Positions 41,428-50,981 of a DNA stretch of 64,000 bases are shown here, in pieces. The translations under genes were made by a program, and so were the position numbers. The stretch is taken from assembly GCA_964543765.1 (NCBI GenBank), contig CAZIZI010000002.1:78017-142016 (forward strand). Reading direction: 5' to 3'. This DNA is from an uncultured Thermodesulfobacteriota bacterium (GTDB lineage Bacteria > Desulfobacterota > B13-G15). Each line of letters opens with the position of its first letter. The first letter of the stretch is position 1. The notes beneath the pieces are model-generated. The model was not told the DNA's origin, ran no database searches, and saw only the letters and a list, made by a program, of their open reading frames with translations.

Positions 41428-43498
41428 GTTTAGCGCTCAAATTTTTATAGTGTTTCAATTTTTCAAGATACATATTTCTGTCAGCTTCGTTTAAGGCCTT
41501 ATCTAAGGGTTTCCCCTCTTTGGAGTCCCATAAGGAATAGCCTATGGAAAGGCTTATAGGGATAGGTGGATTTTTAGAATTGTATTCATCTATTCTTTTG
41601 AGGATCCTTTCCTTTACAGTCTGAAGTCCTCCATTATCGTTAGGTTCAAGGAGAACGACGAGGAATTCGTCACCTCCATATCTTACCACGATGTCGCTTT
41701 CCCTTACGGCGTTTTTTAATATTTGTGCCACTTGTTTCAGAACCTCATCTCCCATTAAGTGCCCTTTTTCATCGTTTATTACCTTCATATTATTTACATC
41801 TATCATCAAAAACCCGATAGGGCGACCGTATCTTTGGGCTCTTTTGACTTCCTGGTCCAAGAACAACAAGAGAAAATGTCGGTTATAAAGGCCGGTAAGA
41901 GCATCGGTAAGTGCCATTTCTTTGAGTTCTTTTTGTAAACGAATTTGATTCATTATATTGCTTGTAAAATTCAAAATTAACTCTATCAATTTATAATCCT
42001 TTTCTTCAGGTTCAGAAGAGAATTTAATCTTTAAAATCCCCACGTTCTTGATTGAATAAAACATAGTCTGCTTATTTTCTAATTTTATTTTAAATTCCTC
42101 TAACTCTTCGGAAGCCAAAAATTCACAATCAACATTGAAGACATTTTTTAATCCTCCCAAAAGAGTTTCGATTATTTCATTTTCTTCTCTTAATTCAGAT
42201 AATTTATAAATTAAATGAGTCGATTGTAATATACGCATACGATAAACTTCCGAAGAAAACTCCAATAATTTCTTTTCAGTGTTATCTATAAAACTTCCGA
42301 TCAATACCTCTTTTCCAGCTAAAACTATAGGTTTTACCATTATGATACACCATTTAATTTCTCCTCTTTTGGTTTTGGCTCTGACTTCTATAGGTGAAGT
42401 TCTTTCTCCTCTAAGGATCTTTTTGGTCTCTTCTTTAAAATAATTCAGATCGGAAGGAATTATCATAAAATTTGCATCTTTTCCGATAATTTCTTCCTTT
42501 GTATAACCACTTAAAGTTTCCATAACTTTATTAATGTAAAAGAATTTGCCATCTTTCACAATATAAATTGCAGAAGGCGAATTCTCCACAAGGGAAAAGA
42601 AAAGCTCTTCGGCCTTTTTTCTTTCAGTAACATCCATAAAGGTAAAGACAAAACAATTGGCATTATCCCAGATAGTTTCAGTCAATCTAAATTGAAAAGT
42701 CGAATTCCCCACTTGTATTTCGCTTTCTTTTTGGGCTATTTGTGGAATGAGGGAAAGGAGCTTGGAAGGAGCGAGGTCTTTAAGGATTTTTTCTCCCGAA
42801 GGGTTTGAATAAAGGATTTTTCCCGAGCTATCGAGGACAATTACGCCGCACTCTATTTGATTGGTAAGGATCCTTAAGTTTATCTCCTTTTGCTTAAGAT
42901 CTTTTTGCCTTTGTATGTTTTCTTCGACTATTCTTAAAAGGAGTCCTCCTATTAATGTGCTTAAAGGTGTAATCCAAAGAAAGAGAACCCAGAAAAGTTT
43001 AAGGACGCCTATTCCGTAGGGTTTAACTAAGAGAATGCTTCCGTAGTTTATTCCGGTTAAAATACCTCCGAAAAGGATAAGCCAAAGAGGGTTAAGCTTA
43101 AAAAGGCGATCGGAGAAGAATTTATGGAAAAGCGATCCTACAAGGCTTGAAGCGAAAATGGCAACTATTCCCCCAAAGGCGCCGCTTCCACCTAAATAAG
43201 CCCGGTAAGCCGAGGAGATAATGGCACTTATTAAAGCAGAAGGGAAACCACAAAAAAATCCGCATAATCCCATTATAGGACCTCTTAAGTCTAATCGGAC
43301 TCCTGGGGCGAAATGAATGGAAAAGATCATACACAAGATGGCGATTCCCCCGAATAAAAAACCCGTGGAAAGAGAATAGAAAATGGGGTGCGTTTTTCTT
43401 AAAGGAGATAAAAGAAAGTAAATAGAAGATAAACTTAGAAATAAGCTTAAATTTAAAATCAGCGTAAACCTTGGAAGCTCGAGATCTAACAATTCCAA
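41402..43498 (-). CDS. Diguanylate cyclase (5TMR-LYT input, PAS, GGDEF)
   Basis: PGVRLDLR membrane domain, PAS, DALTGLYNR, NDEKGHLMGD, RESD I-site, RYGGDEF. Confidence 0.9.
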   Translation of the reverse strand: MELLDLELPRFTLILNLSLFLSLSSIYFLLSPLRKTHPIFYSLSTGFLFGGIAILCMIFSIHFAPGVRLDLRGPIMGLCGFFCGFPSALISAIISSAYRAYLGGSGAFGGIVAIFASSLVGSLFHKFFSDRLFKLNPLWLILFGGILTGINYGSILLVKPYGIGVLKLFWVLFLWITPLSTLIGGLLLRIVEENIQRQKDLKQKEINLRILTNQIECGVIVLDSSGKILYSNPSGEKILKDLAPSKLLSLIPQIAQKESEIQVGNSTFQFRLTETIWDNANCFVFTFMDVTERKKAEELFFSLVENSPSAIYIVKDGKFFYINKVMETLSGYTKEEIIGKDANFMIIPSDLNYFKEETKKILRGERTSPIEVRAKTKRGEIKWCIIMVKPIVLAGKEVLIGSFIDNTEKKLLEFSSEVYRMRILQSTHLIYKLSELREENEIIETLLGGLKNVFNVDCEFLASEELEEFKIKLENKQTMFYSIKNVGILKIKFSSEPEEKDYKLIELILNFTSNIMNQIRLQKELKEMALTDALTGLYNRHFLLLFLDQEVKRAQRYGRPIGFLMIDVNNMKVINDEKGHLMGDEVLKQVAQILKNAVRESDIVVRYGGDEFLVVLLEPNDNGGLQTVKERILKRIDEYNSKNPPIPISLSIGYSLWDSKEGKPLDKALNEADRNMYLEKLKHYKNLSAKHEDHNDSR

Positions 43499-43559
43499 TC
43501 CTCTTCTTAACGCTTGTTTTATTTTTAGCCAATTTTAAATAAATTTCAAGTTTTTTGAT

Positions 43560-45245
43560 TTAAATTTCTCTTACTCCTTTTATTTCGAGACTTAGTTTGA
43601 TATAACCCTCCACCAAGTCCTTACGAGGGGTAAAGGCTATTTGGGCTTTTTGAGGAAGGGGATGTAAGGAGCTATTAAAGAGAACCGCTTCGTGACGAGC
43701 GCCTTTTCCGATCACGGAAAACCTAGTCACATTTTTCTCAAAAATTCTGGGGTTCTCTATACTCACAACTTCTTTTGAACAGAAAAGAGGAACGGGGTTT
43801 CCAGGGCCAAAGGGAAGGAGGCGTTCGATCCCTTCCATAAGCGAAGGGGTTATCTCCTTTAAGGAAAGAGCCATGTCTATGATGAGGGAAGGGGAAGGGC
43901 ATTTTTCTCCCAGTTGGTGCTTTAGAGCTTTTTGGAAAGAGAGGACAAATGATTCAAGTTTATCCCTTTTTATCTTAAGACCAACTGCTCCCTTGTGGCC
44001 CCCGAAGCTGAGAAGATGTTCTTCACACCTTTTCAACAATTCCCTCATATGGACTTCGGGAATGCCCCGGCCTGATCCTTTCCCCTTATCTCCGTCAAGA
44101 GCGATCAAGATGGTGGGCTTATAAAACTCCTCGGCTAATTTAGAGGCCACAATTCCTATTACCCCCTCGTGCCAGGTCTCGGAGGCTAAAACTAAGGCGG
44201 ATTCTTCTAACCTTTGTAAGGCCATTTGACGAGCTTCTGAGTATATCCGTTCTTGAAGGACTTGGCGTAAAGAATTGGCTTCTTCAAGTTCTGAAGCAAG
44301 TTTGGTGGCCTCTTCCTCATCCTGTGAAAGAAGAAGCCTTAAGGGAATCTCCTCTTTTTGCATCCTTCCGCCCGCATTAAGCCTTGGGGTTATCCTGAAA
44401 GCTACTTCCTCATAGGAAAAAGGTCCTCTTGTAAGGCCGGCCCTTTCCATAAGAGCCTTAAGGCCAGGCCTTTTCGTGTTCTGAAGCTCTTGAAGGCCAA
44501 AATACAAGAAAAGACGATTTTCACCCATTACCGGCACCACATCCCCTACCGTTCCTAAAGCTACAAGATCCAGATACCGCTTGAGATTCGGTTGAGGTAA
44601 ATGCTTAAAAAACCCTATTTCCCTTAAGCTTTTCCTCAAAGCCATAAGAAATAGAAAGACCACTCCTACTGCGGCAAGTTCTTTAAAATGAAAAGGACAA
44701 TCCTTCTGAAGCGGATTTAATATTATGGCCTGGGGTAAGCGATCAGGGACTTCGTGATGATCTATGATTATTACTTCGAGCCCTAATGAGTTAGCTAAAG
44801 CAATTTCATCTACATTTGTAATCCCACAATCAACAGTTATCAAAAGCTTTGTTCCTCTTGAAGCGATTAATTTAATTGCCTCCGCATTTAATCCGTATCC
44901 TTCCTCTATACGTTTTGGAATATAATGATCAACTTGGATGTCGAGTTCAGAGAAAAAATTTTTAATGAGAGCTATAGAGGTTATTCCATCAACGTCATAG
45001 TCTCCATAGATCGTAATTTTCTCTCTTGAAAAAATAGCTTTAATTACTCTTTTTACTGCATTTTCCATTCCTTTCATGACAAAAGGATCGGGCAAATCGT
45101 TCAGTGAAGGGAATAGAAATTTTTCTGCTTTTTTTTCATCGGTTATGCCTCGATTTAATAACAATTGTCCTACTATAGGGTGAACGTCCAGATTTTTTAC
45201 CAATTCGAAAGCTTCTTCATTATGGGGCAGAATTTTCCATATCAT
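43560..45245 (-). CDS. recJ: Single-stranded-DNA exonuclease RecJ
   Basis: GDYDVDG, EGYG, TVDCG, DHH, PRLNAGGR, GVIGIVAS, GGHKGA. Confidence 0.95.
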   Translation of the reverse strand: MIWKILPHNEEAFELVKNLDVHPIVGQLLLNRGITDEKKAEKFLFPSLNDLPDPFVMKGMENAVKRVIKAIFSREKITIYGDYDVDGITSIALIKNFFSELDIQVDHYIPKRIEEGYGLNAEAIKLIASRGTKLLITVDCGITNVDEIALANSLGLEVIIIDHHEVPDRLPQAIILNPLQKDCPFHFKELAAVGVVFLFLMALRKSLREIGFFKHLPQPNLKRYLDLVALGTVGDVVPVMGENRLFLYFGLQELQNTKRPGLKALMERAGLTRGPFSYEEVAFRITPRLNAGGRMQKEEIPLRLLLSQDEEEATKLASELEEANSLRQVLQERIYSEARQMALQRLEESALVLASETWHEGVIGIVASKLAEEFYKPTILIALDGDKGKGSGRGIPEVHMRELLKRCEEHLLSFGGHKGAVGLKIKRDKLESFVLSFQKALKHQLGEKCPSPSLIIDMALSLKEITPSLMEGIERLLPFGPGNPVPLFCSKEVVSIENPRIFEKNVTRFSVIGKGARHEAVLFNSSLHPLPQKAQIAFTPRKDLVEGYIKLSLEIKGVREI

Positions 45246-46146
45246 GGATTTTTCCTTTTAGCATTTTTAAGTCGGGTAAGTTTCTTTTTTTCAAAAACTC
45301 AATTAAGTAATCGTGAACTTCCGAGAAGATATTGGGATTAGAGAAGATGGCACTTCCTATTTGTAGAGCCGAAGCCCCGGCTATTATGAAGCTTATTGCT
45401 TCTTCTCCAGAGTAAAGGCCGCCTGCTCCTATTATCGGTAAATTGGTATATTTATAAGCTTCATACACCATTCTCAAGGCAACTGGGAACAGGGCTTTAC
45501 CTGAGAGGCCTCCGGTTAGGCCTCCCAGAAGGGATTTTCCGGTGTTTGGGTCTATTATCATGGCTGGAAGTGTATTTACCAATGTAATGGCATCGGCTCC
45601 GCCTTTTTCGGCGGCCTCAACGATTTCTCGGAGGTGGAAGGGGTCTGGTGGAAGTTTTGCCCAAAGGGGTAGGGAGGTAATGTCCTTCAAAAGGGAGATG
45701 ATGCGGTGGACCCTTTCGGGGGATGAGCCGAAAAGCATGCCTCCTTCTTTCACGTTAGGACAGGAGAGGTTTACTTCTAAGGCGGATATGGAGGGGGTCT
45801 TTAACCTTTTTGCCACCTGGAGAAATTCTTGTTCGCTTTCGCCGAATATGCTTACCACTATGGGTAGGTTCAATTTTTCAAGAAGGGGCAATTTTTCCCC
45901 TAAAAACCTTTCAATTCCTATATTTTCCAACCCTATGGAATTTAAGATTCCATAAGGGAGTTCATAGATCCTGGGAGGGGGGTTTCCTCTTTTTGGGTTT
46001 AAGGAGAGGCTTTTGGTGACAATCGCTCCAAGGACTTCGTAAGAGATGAGGCCGTAATACTCATCCCCATAGCCAAAAGTCCCCGAGGCGGGCATAAGGG
46101 GTGTTTTAAGCTTAAGGGGGCCTATGGTTGTCTCAAGACTTGCCAT
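45220..46146 (-). CDS. pyrD: Dihydroorotate dehydrogenase B, catalytic subunit
   Basis: ASGTFGYG, GNPPPR, NSIGLEN, NLSCPN, GGLSG. Confidence 0.92.
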   Translation of the reverse strand: MASLETTIGPLKLKTPLMPASGTFGYGDEYYGLISYEVLGAIVTKSLSLNPKRGNPPPRIYELPYGILNSIGLENIGIERFLGEKLPLLEKLNLPIVVSIFGESEQEFLQVAKRLKTPSISALEVNLSCPNVKEGGMLFGSSPERVHRIISLLKDITSLPLWAKLPPDPFHLREIVEAAEKGGADAITLVNTLPAMIIDPNTGKSLLGGLTGGLSGKALFPVALRMVYEAYKYTNLPIIGAGGLYSGEEAISFIIAGASALQIGSAIFSNPNIFSEVHDYLIEFLKKRNLPDLKMLKGKIHDMENSAP

Positions 46147-46880
46147 TTTAAAAGGTCCTCCTTTTCGAAGACGGGGCCTTCTTTACAAATGGTCTTTATC
46201 TCTTCTGCCCAAAGCACACAGCTTCTGCATGCCCCGACGCCACAGGCCATTTTCTCCTCCAAACTGAAGTAAGCCTTGGGAACGTTTAAAAACTTAAAAA
46301 AGATTCGTTTTATCATCTCCAAAGGACCACAGATATAAGCAGTTTTTGCTGTTATAGTAGAAGGTATTATGTCCTCCAAAAGCCCCTTTTGACCCATACT
46401 GCCATCTTCGGTGGCTAAGGAAAGTTCAAGTCCATAATTTTGGAGTTTTACAAGTAAAGGAAAAGGCATATGGGAAGCGCTTTTTGCTCCCCAGAAAAGT
46501 TTCGCCTTGAAGCCTTTTTTTACCAGAAGAAGGCCTAATGGGAAAAGCGAGGCTATCCCTATACCTCCCGCAAAAAGCCAAACCTCACCTTCGGATTCCG
46601 GTTCAGGATAGGGTTTTCCCAGGGGAAGGAGCAATTTTAATTTTTTTCCGCTCTTAAGAGCCAAAAGGGAACTTGTGCCCGGGCCTTTTACCCTTATAAA
46701 GAAGCAGAGGGTTTTACCTTCCAATTGAAAAATGCTAAAAGGCCTCATTAAAGGTCTTCCAGGGGTTTCTACCATAGCGAATTGTCCGGGTTTGAAGGAG
46801 GTTTCTTCTTTTAAAAAAAGCTCTAAAAGAAAAAGGTCTTCTGAGAAGCGTTTTATGGCGATTACTTCACCCTCGTTCAT
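46122..46880 (-). CDS. pyrK: Dihydroorotate dehydrogenase electron-transfer subunit
   Basis: PGQF, RPFSI, GGIGIA, CGP, MACGVGACRSC..C.EGPVF. Confidence 0.9.
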   Translation of the reverse strand: MNEGEVIAIKRFSEDLFLLELFLKEETSFKPGQFAMVETPGRPLMRPFSIFQLEGKTLCFFIRVKGPGTSSLLALKSGKKLKLLLPLGKPYPEPESEGEVWLFAGGIGIASLFPLGLLLVKKGFKAKLFWGAKSASHMPFPLLVKLQNYGLELSLATEDGSMGQKGLLEDIIPSTITAKTAYICGPLEMIKRIFFKFLNVPKAYFSLEEKMACGVGACRSCVLWAEEIKTICKEGPVFEKEDLLKWQVLRQP

Positions 46881-47316
46881 TTTCCTCTTCTAAAAGGAGT
46901 TCCATTAAAAGCGCGTCCTCTCCGGTGTCCTGATAATACCCCTTTCTTATTCCCCTAATTTGAAAGCCCATCTTTTGATAAAGAGAAAGGGCCGGCAAAT
47001 TATTCGCTCGAACCTCAAGCCAGACGGATTTCACCCCTTTATCTCGGCAGAAATTTATGCCGAACTGAAGCAATTGAGTTCCTATCTTTTTCCTTCTCCA
47101 TTCGGGATGGACTGCGAAGTTCATCAGATGAGCTTCATCCCTTATGATCCTCAAGACCAAATATCCTACTACATTTCCCTCCTTTTCGTAAACGAAGCAA
47201 TAACCAGGGGGTTTAAGTTCCACCAAAAAAGCCCATCTTCCCCAAGGGGAAGTAAAGGAGTTCTGTTCTATTTCGAGCACCTCGGACAAATCCCCTTCTT
47301 CCATAGGGCGGATCAT
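46867..47316 (-). CDS. rimI: Ribosomal protein alanine N-acetyltransferase
   Basis: IEQNSFTSPW, AVHPEWRRKKIG, LEVRANN, RKGYY..EDA. Confidence 0.9.
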   Translation of the reverse strand: MIRPMEEGDLSEVLEIEQNSFTSPWGRWAFLVELKPPGYCFVYEKEGNVVGYLVLRIIRDEAHLMNFAVHPEWRRKKIGTQLLQFGINFCRDKGVKSVWLEVRANNLPALSLYQKMGFQIRGIRKGYYQDTGEDALLMELLLEEENERG

Positions 47317-47909
47317 AATTGGTTTCCCTTTAAGGCCTCTTCGGCCATTCTTAAGTCAGAAGGGGTATTGATGTTAAAAAAGGATAAAAACTGAGGGTCA
47401 AAAACTCGGACTTCTTCTACTTCAACCAGCCTAAGTTTGATCTCTTTAAAGAAGGAAGAAATTCTTCTATTTCCTTCAGCAATGCTTTTTTCAATGGGAT
47501 TAAGGCAATTCTTTGAATAAACCGCACACAAAGGATGAAGCCCATCCGGTCCCAGGGGCACCACCGCGTCATATCCATTTTTAAGGGAGACGAGGTATTT
47601 AATAAGCTTTTCCTTTAAAAAGGGCATATCACAGGCCACACAGAATACAAAAGGGGTAAGGGAAAGGGAAAGTCCCGTATATAATCCCCCAAGTACTCCG
47701 GCATCTACGATATCCCTTTCGACCCTTATGGGATATTTTAAGAAGGGATCGGGGTTCTTGGTGACGACCATTATGTCTTTAAACAAATGGGCACATACTC
47801 TAAGAACGTATTCAAAAAGCGGTTTGTCACCGAGTGAAAGGAAGGCCTTATCTTTCCCCATCCGGTTGGATTTACCGCCGGCCAAAATAACGGCTCCAAT
47901 TTCACCCAT
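47313..47909 (-). CDS. mobA: Molybdenum cofactor guanylyltransferase
   Basis: ILAGGKSNRMGKDKA, ACDMPF, HPLCAVY, FFNINTP. Confidence 0.92.
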   Translation of the reverse strand: MGEIGAVILAGGKSNRMGKDKAFLSLGDKPLFEYVLRVCAHLFKDIMVVTKNPDPFLKYPIRVERDIVDAGVLGGLYTGLSLSLTPFVFCVACDMPFLKEKLIKYLVSLKNGYDAVVPLGPDGLHPLCAVYSKNCLNPIEKSIAEGNRRISSFFKEIKLRLVEVEEVRVFDPQFLSFFNINTPSDLRMAEEALKGNQL

Positions 47910-47916
47910 TATCCTT

Positions 47917-47969
47917 TAGATAGCATGGTATCAAATGGGCTTCAACTTGGGAGTTACTTGCTTTAAATT
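47917..47969. promoter_or_regulatory. Back-to-back promoters predicting leaderless mobA and dehydratase-cluster mRNAs
   Basis: Minus strand TTGAAG-N17-TATCTA-N7-ATG(47909); plus strand TTCAAC-N17-TAAATT-N8-ATG(47978). Confidence 0.45.
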
Positions 47970-47977
47970 TATCATTA

Positions 47978-48940
47978 ATGAGGACTTTCGGTTATTGTTG
48001 TACTTATGTTCCTTTGGAAATAATCGAGGCCTCAGGGTTTATGCCTTTAAGGCTTTTGCCTTCCTCTCATGAGAAAGAAGATGTGCTTCTTGATCCCAAC
48101 TTTTGTCCTTATGTGAGAGCTCTTTTGGCTTATTTTAGGTCTCCCCGGGGGATTGCGGGGATCGTATTGGTTAACTCCTGTGATGGGATGCGGAGGCTGT
48201 ATGATGCCTTGAGGCGTTTTTCCCCCGATCTCTTTATATACCTTCTGGATGTACCTCGAAAATCAGATGAGGAGGCTGTAAAGTATTTTGCAAATGTTTT
48301 GAGAGATTTTTCCCATTGGCTTGAGGAGTTAAGCCAGAAAAAAGTTGACCTTGAGGAATTGAAGGAAAAGATTCGTCTTTATAATTTTCGCCGAAGGGCT
48401 TTTTTGGAGCTACTGGAAAAGGGACCTAAGATGGGGGAGGTTTTGAGGGTTTTAAAAAAGGGATTTCCTCCGGATGAAGGGGCACTTCTTTTAATTCCGT
48501 TGAAAGAAGAAAGGGGGAAAACAAAGGTCATTATTTCGGGCTCAGTTCTCGAAAGCGAAGAAGTAGTAAAAATGGTAGAGGACTTAGGGGGTGAAGTGGT
48601 TTTTCTTGATGTATGTTCAGGGGTAAGGGGGCCTTCTTGGGTTGAGGAAATTGGTGACCCTTATTTTAACCTTGCTCGAGCTTATTTGAGAAAGCCTCCT
48701 TGTAGTAGAAGTTTCGACCCTAAAAGGAGGGCCATTTGGGAAAGAACGATCTTTGAGGTTGGAGGGGTTGTGTTTTATACGCCGAAGTTTTGCGATCATT
48801 ATTTACATGAACTTGTGACCTTGAGAGCGTTGTGCCAAAGGATGGGGAAGCCCATTTTGCACCTTGAAACAGACTATCATCCTAATATATCCGAGACTAT
48901 GAGAACCCGCATACAGGCTTTCTTCGAAAAATGGCTTTGA
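47978..48940 (+). CDS. 2-hydroxyacyl-CoA dehydratase (HgdA/B-like) family subunit
   Basis: CTYVPLEII, NFCPYV, NSCDGMRR, PPCSR, KFCDHY, TRIQAF. Confidence 0.82.
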   Translation: MRTFGYCCTYVPLEIIEASGFMPLRLLPSSHEKEDVLLDPNFCPYVRALLAYFRSPRGIAGIVLVNSCDGMRRLYDALRRFSPDLFIYLLDVPRKSDEEAVKYFANVLRDFSHWLEELSQKKVDLEELKEKIRLYNFRRRAFLELLEKGPKMGEVLRVLKKGFPPDEGALLLIPLKEERGKTKVIISGSVLESEEVVKMVEDLGGEVVFLDVCSGVRGPSWVEEIGDPYFNLARAYLRKPPCSRSFDPKRRAIWERTIFEVGGVVFYTPKFCDHYLHELVTLRALCQRMGKPILHLETDYHPNISETMRTRIQAFFEKWL

Positions 48941-50193
48941 GTTTCTTTTTGAAATGCTTAAGAAGGCCTTTCTTTTGGTCTATTATAAGACCGCTTGTTT
49001 GTCTATATGTTTCAAAAGAGAGGAACCGTCTTTTTACCCTTTGGGTTGAGTTTTTGTGTTGGGTTTTTAAAGAAGCCTGGAAAAGGGAAAAACCGGTTAT
49101 ATGGACAAATAGTTTTTTTCCCGTGGAGTTTATATATGGACTTGGAGCCATTCCGTTTTTACCCGAGATCTTCGCGGCCCTTGTGGCCTACTTTGATTGG
49201 ACAAGAGGCCCCATATCCAAAGGTAGCCTTAAGACTTCGACGGACCTTTGTTCTTTTTATCGATGTGCCTTGGGGTTGGAGGAATACGGAGTAATGCCTA
49301 AGCCGGATTTGATAATCAGTTGTTCCCAGATATGCGATGGCACAAAGGCCTTTTACCAGACCATGTCCGAAAGCTTAGGGATCCCTCATCTTTTCGTAGA
49401 CGTTCCCTTTCGAAAGGACGAAAACGCCAAGCGATACTTGAAGTCCCAGCTTGAGGAAATTTTCCACGAAGCCAAAAACATCCTTGGTCTCAAGACTTCT
49501 TTGGAGGACCTAAGGAAAAGTTATGATATGGCCAAAAGGACAGAATCCCTAATGAGGGAGATTGCTCATTTGCGGAAAAGTAAACCCGCTCCTTTTCCGG
49601 GGAGTGAGGGTATGAGCTATGTGAGTGGGATGTCCTTTTGGTCTTTGGGAAGCGAAAGGGGTTTAAGGTTTTTTGAGGCCTTAAAGGAGAGGATAGAAAA
49701 ATCGGTTAAAGAAAGGAGGGGGTATCTTAAGGAAGAAAGGTTTAGGGTCCTTTGGTTACATCATATAAGACCCTATTATCCAAATCCCATAATGGAATTT
49801 TTGAAAGAGAAGGGGGTTGCAATAGCCTATGAGGAAGCCAATTACCCTTGGTGGCCGGAAAGAGGAGGAGAAGAAGACCCGTTGGAGGATCTCACTAAAA
49901 AATTGCTCTCAAATCCTTGGTATGGTCCCATTGAAGGAAGGCTTAAATTGGTAAGGGATTTGGTTTTGGAATATCAAATAGACGGTGTCATTCATTTTTC
50001 CCATTGGGGGTGTAGACAATCTACGGGAGGCGCTTCTATAGTAGGAGACATGGTTAAAAGTATGGGGATACCATATTTGATACTGCCTGGTGATGGGGCT
50101 GATCCGGATAACTATTCGCCTGGTCAGACCCTCACCAGGCTTCAAGCCTTCATTGAGCTTATGGAGAGGAGATGGCGTTTTACGCGGGAATAG
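48931..50193 (+). CDS. 2-hydroxyacyl-CoA dehydratase family subunit
   Basis: DLCSFYR, PKPD, ICDG, HWGCRQ, GQTLTRLQAFIE. Confidence 0.85.
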   Translation: MALSFFLKCLRRPFFWSIIRPLVCLYVSKERNRLFTLWVEFLCWVFKEAWKREKPVIWTNSFFPVEFIYGLGAIPFLPEIFAALVAYFDWTRGPISKGSLKTSTDLCSFYRCALGLEEYGVMPKPDLIISCSQICDGTKAFYQTMSESLGIPHLFVDVPFRKDENAKRYLKSQLEEIFHEAKNILGLKTSLEDLRKSYDMAKRTESLMREIAHLRKSKPAPFPGSEGMSYVSGMSFWSLGSERGLRFFEALKERIEKSVKERRGYLKEERFRVLWLHHIRPYYPNPIMEFLKEKGVAIAYEEANYPWWPERGGEEDPLEDLTKKLLSNPWYGPIEGRLKLVRDLVLEYQIDGVIHFSHWGCRQSTGGASIVGDMVKSMGIPYLILPGDGADPDNYSPGQTLTRLQAFIELMERRWRFTRE

Positions 50194-50981
50194 ACGTTGG
50201 TTCAAGGACCACGAAGGCGCTTTTGTTAAACGATGAGGGCGAGATAATAGGTTACCATGTGCTTTTTACGGGAGCGGATCCAAAGGGGGCTTCTTTTCGA
50301 TGTCTTAAGGAGTGTTTGAAGGAGATTGGAAAAAGCTTGAAAGACATTGAGGTGATAGTTTCAACTGGATATGGAAGGAAACTGGTCACTTTTGCCACCA
50401 AGGAATACACAGAGATAACCTGCCATGCTAGGGGGGCAGGTTTCTATTTCCCTCAAGTTAGAATGGTAATAGACATAGGAGGCCAAGATTCTAAGGTGAT
50501 AGCCCTTGAGGATGGGATGGTTTTGGATTTTATCATGAACGACAAGTGTGCTGCAGGTACAGGGCGGTTTTTGGAGGTTATGGCCCAAACATTAGAAATG
50601 AGCCTGGAGGAACTGGCTCAAGAAGCCTCAAGGGCAAAGCAAGCCGTTCCCATAAGTAGCATGTGTACTGTTTTTGCTGAAAGTGAAGTCATATCTCTTA
50701 TAGCCCAGGGTATAAGCCGGGAGAAGATCGTTTGGGGGTTACATCGGGCCATAGCCAAGCGCATCGCTTCCATGGTAAAAAGACTTCCCCAAGGAAGGCC
50801 CATCGTGTTTACTGGAGGTGTGGCGAAAAACAAGGGCATGGTCCGAGCCCTGGAGGAGGTGCTTGGCGAAAAGCTACTCGTACCTCCAGATCCCCAGATT
50901 GTGGGTGCTCTTGGAGCAGCCATTTTGGCAAGGGATTGGAAAGATGAGGGAAATAGGCTTAACCACTACCGTACCGATTGA
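50172..50981 (+). CDS. ATP-dependent activator of 2-hydroxyacyl-CoA dehydratase (HgdC/BadF ASKHA family)
   Basis: GIDVGSRTTK, TGYGR, EITCHARG, DIGGQDSK, MNDKCAAGTGRFLE, CTVFAESE. Confidence 0.92.
   Translation: MAFYAGIDVGSRTTKALLLNDEGEIIGYHVLFTGADPKGASFRCLKECLKEIGKSLKDIEVIVSTGYGRKLVTFATKEYTEITCHARGAGFYFPQVRMVIDIGGQDSKVIALEDGMVLDFIMNDKCAAGTGRFLEVMAQTLEMSLEELAQEASRAKQAVPISSMCTVFAESEVISLIAQGISREKIVWGLHRAIAKRIASMVKRLPQGRPIVFTGGVAKNKGMVRALEEVLGEKLLVPPDPQIVGALGAAILARDWKDEGNRLNHYRTD

Noticed and set aside
48931-50193. Specific call as double-cubane protein or benzoyl-CoA reductase
   Set aside because: The Cys pattern cannot be assigned by eye and no aromatic-degradation genes are adjacent.
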